DNA of 64,000 nt. Source: an uncultured Verrucomicrobiae bacterium (GTDB lineage Bacteria > Verrucomicrobiota > Verrucomicrobiia > Chthoniobacterales > UBA10450). The position numbers were made by a program, and so were the translations under genes. Where the stretch lies: contig CAWECA010000013.1 of the NCBI GenBank assembly GCA_963807435.1, positions 96,805 to 160,804 of the forward strand, in the 5' to 3' direction. A model generated the notes under the pieces. It saw only the letters and a program-made list of their open reading frames with translations, searched no databases and was not told the origin of the DNA. Below are positions 58,236 through 64,000 of this stretch, piece after piece (position 1 is the first letter of the stretch; the number at the start of each line of letters is the position of its first letter).

Positions 58236-58269
58236 GTTAAAAAGGTTTAAGCGTTGAAGGGTTAAAGGG
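58236..58269. repeat. 4 degenerate tandem 8-9-mers GTTAAAAAG GTTTAAGC GTTGAAGG GTTAAAGGG
   Basis: Read directly from the sequence. It starts 6 nt from the ruvA ATG (58229, minus strand). Related GTGAAAAGTTAAAGG lies at 4-18 and GTTAAGGTTACGTTAACC at 46110-46127. Confidence 0.75.
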
Positions 58270-58281
58270 ACGCGCCTTGGT

Positions 58282-58413
58282 TGTCATTCTGAGCGAAGCG
58301 AAGAATCCCTGATTCTTTCTTGGGCCTCATCTGCCGCCAGCCGATAGTCAGAGATGTTTGAAGGCCTGGCCTCATACTTCGCATTTCGTTGCAGCGCTTC
58401 GCTCAACATGACA
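58282..58413. repeat. REP/MITE-like element bounded by imperfect 19-nt inverted repeats
   Basis: TGTCATTCTGAGCGAAGCG (58282-58300) versus CGCTTCGCTCAACATGACA (58395-58413), matching 17/19 as reverse complement. There is an internal hairpin AAGAATC-cct-GATTCTT (58301-58317). Confidence 0.7.
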
Positions 58414-58428
58414 GAGGGGAAAAACGCT

Positions 58429-59988
58429 TCAACGTTCTTTCAACGCGATGGTGAGATCTACGCGTTTCCCTTTTGGGATGTTAAACCCGCTGGTCGTAAG
58501 TAACTTCCAAGCTTGCGGCGGGTTCGCGAACGTTGTTCCGGCGATGGTCGTCGGCAACACCAGAAAGCGCGGACCGGGCTCGCTCATGAACTCAGTAGCG
58601 CGGCGTTTGTTTAGCGGAGTCAGAAAGCCGTTTACACGCGAGCGAAAATACCAGACCAGACTTGGCTCTTCGAATTGGACCGAACCAAATTGCATGTTCG
58701 ATTTCAGTGAACTGCGTGATAGCTGAAACAGTTGATAGGAGGGAAAAAAACGCGCCACCATCGGCGGAACGATCAACGCGATGGCGAGTAAAACACACCC
58801 AGTGGCCGCGGCGATTCCTTTGAATAGAAATCGACGGGTAGCCACGGTTTCCGGCCAGTGGCGAGCCAGCAGTAGCGCCATCAGACTAAACGCTGGCAGG
58901 GTATAGTGCGGCAGCTTTGTGGCAATCAGCGAGAAAATGATGAAGATGATCGCGGTGCCCGATAAGAGGTAATTGTCGATGTCGTCGTGGTTATGCCAGA
59001 GCCGTTTTATGAGTGACGGCAATTTTATCGACCACGGAAAAAAACTTCCAAAGACCGTGACAAAATAGAAAGGCAGTAGAAGGAGGTACACCCAGAGCGA
59101 ACTCGCGCCATGACCCTCCATCGTGCTAAACGATCGACTGACAACGTGGCGTCCAATTCCAATCGTTAAAAATGCCCCGTGTGTGCGAATCAACGCTGGA
59201 ATTCCCCACAAGGCGACGATCGCCAGCATGAGCAGGATGCCGCGAACGAATTTGAATCGACGGCCCAGCTGCACATGTGGCGCATAGAAGATTGTCGATG
59301 CAACCGTCAGCAGAGGCACCCACGCGATTGGACCCTTGGTCAGAAAGCCCAGTGCAAGCGAGATGTAAAAGAAAAACCACCAGAAAGAAATTGCATGTTT
59401 GTTTTCCTGCGTGTGGAGGCCTTTGGAGTTAACTTTAGGATGTGGCGGATTCCCTAGTCCGTCGCGAAGGAGTTCCAGCCCGCTCCAGTGCGCGGTGCTA
59501 ACGAAAAACACCAGCCACATATCGGCCACTGCAGCTTTTGCATGGATGAAGGTTTGAAGGCAAATCGTGAAAATAATGGCTGCTCGCCATCCGACACGTT
59601 CTTCGCCCACCCGCGAGCCGCGAATCAACAGTGACACAGCAACCAGCGCCGCTGCCACCGCAGAAGGGAAACGGGCGGCAAAATCGTTCTGACCAAAGAT
59701 ATGGTAGCTCGCCACCTGCGCCCAGTAGGTGAGAGGAGGTTTGTCCAGACGAAGGTGATTGTTGAAGTAGGGAACGACGTAATCGTCACGCTCAATCATT
59801 TCCCGCGACGCTTCGGCAAAGCGGGGTTCATCGCGGTCGATCAAAGGCAAAATCCACGTGCCTGCCATGTGAAACAGCACGCAGGCAGTGAAGCAGAGTA
59901 TGCACTGGATCAGTAATCGCTGACCGGTAAGCGCTGATTGGGCGGACGCGTCCATGAATATAGGTCGCCGAAGCCTTCCACGAATCAT
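58429..59988 (-). CDS. ArnT-like glycosyltransferase (GT39/GT83, PMT_2 family)
   Basis: 519 aa, polytopic; DEPRFAEASREMIERDDYVVPYFNNHLRLDKPPLTYW is the family's first periplasmic-loop motif. An alternative start is ATG 59955. Confidence 0.8.
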   Translation of the reverse strand: MIRGRLRRPIFMDASAQSALTGQRLLIQCILCFTACVLFHMAGTWILPLIDRDEPRFAEASREMIERDDYVVPYFNNHLRLDKPPLTYWAQVASYHIFGQNDFAARFPSAVAAALVAVSLLIRGSRVGEERVGWRAAIIFTICLQTFIHAKAAVADMWLVFFVSTAHWSGLELLRDGLGNPPHPKVNSKGLHTQENKHAISFWWFFFYISLALGFLTKGPIAWVPLLTVASTIFYAPHVQLGRRFKFVRGILLMLAIVALWGIPALIRTHGAFLTIGIGRHVVSRSFSTMEGHGASSLWVYLLLLPFYFVTVFGSFFPWSIKLPSLIKRLWHNHDDIDNYLLSGTAIIFIIFSLIATKLPHYTLPAFSLMALLLARHWPETVATRRFLFKGIAAATGCVLLAIALIVPPMVARFFPSYQLFQLSRSSLKSNMQFGSVQFEEPSLVWYFRSRVNGFLTPLNKRRATEFMSEPGPRFLVLPTTIAGTTFANPPQAWKLLTTSGFNIPKGKRVDLTIALKER

Positions 59989-59990
59989 AG

Positions 59991-60659
59991 TTGCGGAATT
60001 TCGGCAGCCTCCTCAAAATAGCGGCCCGTCGATTTGACGGGAACACATTTGTGAAGCGCCAAGTAATTTTGTGTTGGCTGATCGGCGTCGTGATTGCGGC
60101 GGCTGCCGTGGGGCTGGCGTTCTATTTTGACGACACGGTTTGGACTTTTCTCAGGCAGCATCAAAACCGTGGCATGTATAATTTTATGCGAAACGTCAGC
60201 CGTTTTGGCGACTGGCCATTGCACGTGGCTCTCGGTATGCTCTTACTGGGAATCGCGTGGATTCGCGGAAGCAAGAAATGGTCGCGCGTTTTCCTCGCAA
60301 TGCTCCTGGCGATGGCGCTGGCAGGTCTCGTCGGGAACGTGATCAAGCGCACGATTCCCCGGGCGCGACCGTCAGTACATAGTGATGCACGCTGGGGTGG
60401 CCCGCGCTTTAGCAATAAATACCATTCGTTTCCATCCGGACATGTCGGCGCTTCGACAGCGTTCTTTGCCGTGCTGATACTTGCGCGGCGGCGTGTGGGT
60501 CTGGCATGTCTCCCAATCCCGATCCTGATCGGGTTTTCGCGGATGTATTTGGGTGCGCATTATTTGTCCGACGTAGTTTGCGCTGCGATTCTGGGAGTCA
60601 TTTGCGCGCTGATCGTTGGGCGTCTGTTGTTGAACAAATACAGACAGCAACGGTGCTGA
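59991..60659 (+). CDS. PAP2-family lipid phosphatase
   Basis: KX6RP (KRTIPRARP), PSGH and SRX5HX3D (SRMYLGAHYLSD) motifs. The start is more likely GTG 60051, because 59991 is only 2 nt from the divergent ArnT-like start. Confidence 0.8.
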   Translation: MRNFGSLLKIAARRFDGNTFVKRQVILCWLIGVVIAAAAVGLAFYFDDTVWTFLRQHQNRGMYNFMRNVSRFGDWPLHVALGMLLLGIAWIRGSKKWSRVFLAMLLAMALAGLVGNVIKRTIPRARPSVHSDARWGGPRFSNKYHSFPSGHVGASTAFFAVLILARRRVGLACLPIPILIGFSRMYLGAHYLSDVVCAAILGVICALIVGRLLLNKYRQQRC

Positions 60660-60664
60660 CATGA

Positions 60665-60681
60665 CCAAGGCTACGCCTTGG
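60665..60681 (+). terminator. hairpin just after the PAP2 stop
   Basis: CCAAGG-ctacg-CCTTGG begins 6 nt after TGA 60657-60659. No clear U-tract. Confidence 0.3.
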
Positions 60682-60902
60682 GTAGGAGAATAAGCTTGGC
60701 TTCCCCGATTCACTCGCAACGACCGTGGTCTTCTTGATCCGACCAACCATGGATCGCTTCAACCACAGTCCCGTTTCATCTTCGACACTAAAATAGCCTT
60801 TTCGTTCGTGTGCTTCGCGTCGCGACAGATTTGATGACAAGTAACCAAATTGTTACGAAACCGCGTTTGGAAGTCAGTTGATGGGAAACAATAATTGCAA
60901 CC

Positions 60903-61372
60903 ATGAAAATGTGTCATCTGTTGTCCGTTCAAATTCTGTCGCTGATTTCTGCCGGGCTGCTGGGTCCATTCTCCGCTGCTGTCTTGAGAGCGGACATTGC
61001 CAAAGCAGAAGATTTTCGGCGGAATCCTGCCATGAGATCAGGGGGTAGCGTGATTGTACAAGACAGGTTTGGCGGGCAGATCCTTGGGTTCGATATCGAT
61101 CAAGCGAGCGATGAAGGCGTGCTGACGGAATATCAGACCTTGGACAACGGCAACGTGCTGGCTGCCATCGAGACTCCAGCACGGCATCGAGCGGCAGCAG
61201 CATTCACGTGTACAACGTATCCGGGAACCTCATCGAGTCGATAAATGGATTGAATTTTTCCAACGCCTTTAATGTGATTCCAGCTCACATTGCGCTGAAT
61301 CCCGGCAAGCGCATTGGGTTTGTAGACGGCCCCGATATTGCGGCTGGCCAGATACAATCCTTCACCTACTAA
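60903..61372 (+). pseudogene. hypothetical secreted protein, frameshifted
   Basis: Signal peptide MKMCHLLSVQILSLISAGLL. Track ORF 60903-61244 turns Arg/Ala-rich after ..NVLAAIET, while the -1 frame continues with plausible coding sequence (SSIHVYNVSGNLIESINGLNFSNAFNVIPAHIALNPGKRIGFVDGPDIAAGQIQSFTY) to TAA 61370-61372. Confidence 0.5.
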
Positions 61373-61398
61373 AACCGCCTCCCGTTGTTCGCAGAGAG

Positions 61399-61483
61399 CG
61401 GAGGGGGTGAGATTCGAACTCACGAGACCTTTCGGCCTTCCGGTTTTCAAGACCGGCGCGATCAACCGCTCTGCCACCCCTCC
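61399..61483 (-). tRNA. tRNA-Ser (anticodon UGA)
   Basis: Reverse complement GGAGGGGTGGCAGAGCGGTTGATCGCGCCGGTCTTGAAAACCGGAAGGCCGAAAGGTCTCGTGAGTTCGAATCTCACCCCCTCCG. It has a perfect 7-bp acceptor stem, anticodon stem CCGGT/ACCGG with loop CT-TGA-AA, a long variable arm, and T-arm GTGAG-TTCGAAT-CTCAC. No CCA is encoded. Confidence 0.9.
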
Positions 61484-61567
61484 AGAAAATTGGTTATGAA
61501 CGATCGGTGATCAGTAATCGGTCCGCCAGTATAGCAGCAAGGCAAAGATTTGCTCGACACCGTGATA

Positions 61568-61581
61568 TGTTCATGTGAACT
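61568..61581. promoter_or_regulatory. candidate LexA (SOS) box TGTTC-ATGT-GAACT
   Basis: 13 of 14 positions fit the palindrome TGTTC-N4-GAACA. It ends 7 nt upstream of the ATG of the SplB-like radical SAM gene. Confidence 0.45.
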
Positions 61582-61587
61582 TAAATC

Positions 61588-62715
61588 ATGCTGCCGGGAC
61601 AAAAGTTCAAACCTGTAATCGTCGAAAAACCTCAGAGCCGTACGGCGATTCGGGGACGTGGTGCGTCCTGGAGTCCCGCGAATCGATTCGAAAAACTGCA
61701 TATCGATGTGACAGACAAAGACATTGTCGAACCCGGCGTTGATTTCCAGGAGACAGCGAGGTCTTCAACCCAGTATTTTCGCGATGGGACGCGAACGATC
61801 ATCACTCGCAACACCAGTCCGGATGTCGGTTTCGAAACCAGTTTGAATCCGTATCGCGGCTGCGAGCACGGCTGCATTTATTGCTATGCGCGCCCGACTC
61901 ACGAATATCTCGGATTTTCGGCTGGCCTCGATTTCGAGAGCAAAATCATGGTTAAGAGCAATGCGCCTGAACTGCTGCGCGCGGAACTGGAATCGCCCCG
62001 GTGGCAGCCGCAAACGCTCGTTTTGAGCGGCGTCACCGATCCATACCAGCCGATTGAGAAAAAATTGAAGATAACGCGCAGATGCCTCGAAGTGCTCGCG
62101 CAGTTTCGAAACCCGGTAGGGATAATTACCAAAAATCATTTGGTCACGCGCGATATTGATGTCTTACGCGAGTTGGCCGCGTGCACTGCCGCCGCGGTTA
62201 ACGTTTCAGTGACGTCACTTGATCCAGGCCTGCAGCGGGTCCTCGAACCGCGCACCACGTCGCCCGAAGGGCGTCTCGATGCGATCAGGCAGCTTTGCGC
62301 GGCCAATATTCCAGTCGGCGTAATGGTCGCACCCATTATTCCAGGGCTTAACGATCACGAAGTCCCAAACATCCTGGCCGCGTGCGCTAAAGCGGGCGCG
62401 CAATTTGCCGGTTACACGATTGTTCGTCTGCCATGGGCAGTGGCGCCATTATTTGAACACTGGTTGGAGGAACACTTCCCTGATCGCAAGGAGAAGGTTC
62501 TGGGGCGCATCCGGGCTCTACGACGGAATCGGCTAAATAATTCGCAATGGCATGCGCGCATGACTGGAGAAGGATTTTTTGCGGACCAAATCGCATCGCT
62601 TTTCAAAGTCGGTTGTCGTCACGCTGGCATTGGTAAACGACCGACGCTTTCCTGCGAATCATTTCGTCGATCGACGACGCAGTTAAGCCTCTTCGGCAAG
62701 AACCACTCCCGGTAG
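61588..62715 (+). CDS. PA0069-family radical SAM protein (SplB-like DNA repair photolyase, COG1533)
   Basis: CxxxCxxC cluster motif CEHGCIYCY; 375 aa, a length and layout typical of the PA0069/SplB-like group. Confidence 0.8.
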   Translation: MLPGQKFKPVIVEKPQSRTAIRGRGASWSPANRFEKLHIDVTDKDIVEPGVDFQETARSSTQYFRDGTRTIITRNTSPDVGFETSLNPYRGCEHGCIYCYARPTHEYLGFSAGLDFESKIMVKSNAPELLRAELESPRWQPQTLVLSGVTDPYQPIEKKLKITRRCLEVLAQFRNPVGIITKNHLVTRDIDVLRELAACTAAAVNVSVTSLDPGLQRVLEPRTTSPEGRLDAIRQLCAANIPVGVMVAPIIPGLNDHEVPNILAACAKAGAQFAGYTIVRLPWAVAPLFEHWLEEHFPDRKEKVLGRIRALRRNRLNNSQWHARMTGEGFFADQIASLFKVGCRHAGIGKRPTLSCESFRRSTTQLSLFGKNHSR

Positions 62716-62778
62716 GAGAATTCAAGCCGTTCTGGCTCAAGACGCGCGGTTTTGGTTTACAGTTGGATTCCGACGCCG

Positions 62779-63789
62779 ATGAGCGCACAGCTAAACGACT
62801 ACGACTACGTTTTACCGCAGGAGTTGATTGCCCAGCGTCCTCCAGGGCGACGCGACGAATCCCGGATGATGGTCCTGCACCGCGGCGATGGAAAGATTGA
62901 ACATCGACATTTTCGCGAGCTAAAGAGTTTCCTGAGGCCTGAGGATCTGCTGGTGTTAAACGACACACGTGTGCTGCCAGCGCGGCGATTCTCCGAAGAC
63001 GGGACTATTGAGTTCTTATTTCTGGAGCGCCTCGATACGAACCGTTGGAGGTGCATGATCAAACCGGGACGCAAAATGCGTGTTGGTGCGACGGCCAAGA
63101 TCGATGGTGCGTCTTTGCGTGTCGACGAAATAACAGCAGCCGGTGAACGGATAGTAGCCTTTGAAAAGGATATCGATGTTTATGCAGGTGGCTGCATGCC
63201 ACTGCCGCCGTACATCAGGCGCCCGACCGATGAAACGGACATGCGACGTTACCAGACGGTATTTGCTCATTCGCCCGGAGCCGTTGCAGCGCCTACGGCG
63301 GGGCTCCATTTCACCTCAGAAATTCTGAGTGAAATCCCTCATACGTTCGTGACGCTTCACGTGGGACCGGGAACGTTTCTTCCCGTGCGCATGGAAAACA
63401 TCGCCGAACATCGTATGCATGCCGAACGCTTTCATATTTCTGAAAAGGCCGCAGCCGAAATCAGTGGCGCACAGCGAGTCATGGCCGTTGGAACGACGGT
63501 TGTGCGTGCATTGGAGACAGCAGCACGGCAAACTCGACGTCTGAAAACCGTCACGTTCAAAAACCCAAGGATCGAATCGCAATTGGGCGAGACTGATTTG
63601 TTCGTTTATCCGCCGTTTGAGTTTCAAATCGTCAAGGCGCTACTGACGAATTTTCACTTGCCGCGCTCGACCTTGTTGATGCTAGTCAGCGCCTTTGCGG
63701 GACGTGAATTCGTTCTGCGCGCTTACGAGGAAGCGGTACGGAACCGCTATCGGTTCTTCAGCTACGGCGATTGTATGCTGATTCTGTAA
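62779..63789 (+). CDS. queA: tRNA preQ1(34) S-adenosylmethionine ribosyltransferase-isomerase
   Basis: DYDYVLPQELIAQRP.., LLVLNDTRVLPAR.., AAPTAGLHFT.., VGTTVVRALE.., RFFSYGDCMLI. Confidence 0.95.
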   Translation: MSAQLNDYDYVLPQELIAQRPPGRRDESRMMVLHRGDGKIEHRHFRELKSFLRPEDLLVLNDTRVLPARRFSEDGTIEFLFLERLDTNRWRCMIKPGRKMRVGATAKIDGASLRVDEITAAGERIVAFEKDIDVYAGGCMPLPPYIRRPTDETDMRRYQTVFAHSPGAVAAPTAGLHFTSEILSEIPHTFVTLHVGPGTFLPVRMENIAEHRMHAERFHISEKAAAEISGAQRVMAVGTTVVRALETAARQTRRLKTVTFKNPRIESQLGETDLFVYPPFEFQIVKALLTNFHLPRSTLLMLVSAFAGREFVLRAYEEAVRNRYRFFSYGDCMLIL

Positions 63790-63885
63790 TCTTCCTCTCC
63801 CGCTCTCTCAGAATTTTCTGAAAGCCAAACAGACAGAAGCAAAGCGAGATTGAGAGTCCTCGGACTGTGCTATCGTCCGGTTCAG

Positions 63886-64000
63886 ATGAGCGATAAGCCA
63901 AAAGGTGAGCTGGTAATCCAAACCATCGCCATGCCGGGGGACACAAACCCGAATGGCGATATTTTTGGTGGCTGGGTGACTTCGCAAATGGACCTGGGTA
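63886..64000 (+). CDS. acyl-CoA thioesterase (YciA-like hotdog fold), 5' fragment truncated by the window end
   Basis: MSDKPKGELVIQTIAMPGDTNPNGDIFGGWVTSQMDLG matches the YciA-type N-terminus. The ORF runs off the window. Confidence 0.6.
   Translation, partial: MSDKPKGELVIQTIAMPGDTNPNGDIFGGWVTSQMDLG

Noticed and set aside
60660-61483. tRNA-Ser-associated genomic island.
   Set aside because: No integrase, transposase or phage gene is present, and I saw no direct repeat of the tRNA 3' end by eye. The only gene in the interval is a small secreted protein.
61484-61587. Riboswitch (for example preQ1) or other structured leader upstream of the radical SAM/queA pair.
   Set aside because: The region is only about 100 nt. 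I could not fold a preQ1-type stem-loop with an A-rich tail. queA is not a usual preQ1 riboswitch target. The only clear signal is the TGTTC-N4-GAAC palindrome.

Overview
This is a mostly housekeeping 64-kb chromosomal segment from a moderate-GC Gram-negative bacterium. Gene content, a TGTTC-N4-GAAC box and PVC-style oligomer repeats suggest a Verrucomicrobia-like origin, but that is inference only. I call about 60 protein-coding loci and one tRNA-Ser(UGA). They include a complete F1Fo ATP synthase operon atpBEFHAGDC (3888-10398), obg, clpB, lpxI, lnt, dtd, tmk-holB, ispH, ku, ruvA and queA. There are also cell-envelope genes (GT4s, NamZ plus a 3D-domain protein, an L,D-transpeptidase, an ArnT-like GT plus PAP2) and a few small accessory clusters. 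I saw no rRNA, CRISPR array, IS element, integrase or phage genes, and no compelling self-contained defence or mobile system. Four things stand out. (1) At least eight short indel-type frame breaks hit seven conserved genes: atpH, clpB, a peroxiredoxin (x2), a beta-lactamase-like hydrolase (x2), a CPBP protease and a secreted protein. Most sit at short homopolymers, so they are either assembly errors or recent decay, and every ORF in this window should be read with that in mind. (2) Short tandem 7-9-nt repeats lie directly against the start codons of holB, ruvA, ispH, an ATP-grasp gene and a FAD monooxygenase. (3) A candidate LexA box sits in front of a SplB-like radical SAM gene. (4) Uncharacterised candidates are a 731-aa orphan membrane protein, a DUF2334 deacetylase plus PHP::GT4 fusion operon, a sulfotransferase/methyltransferase trio, and a translationally coupled TIM-barrel/flippase-like/RibD_C operon.
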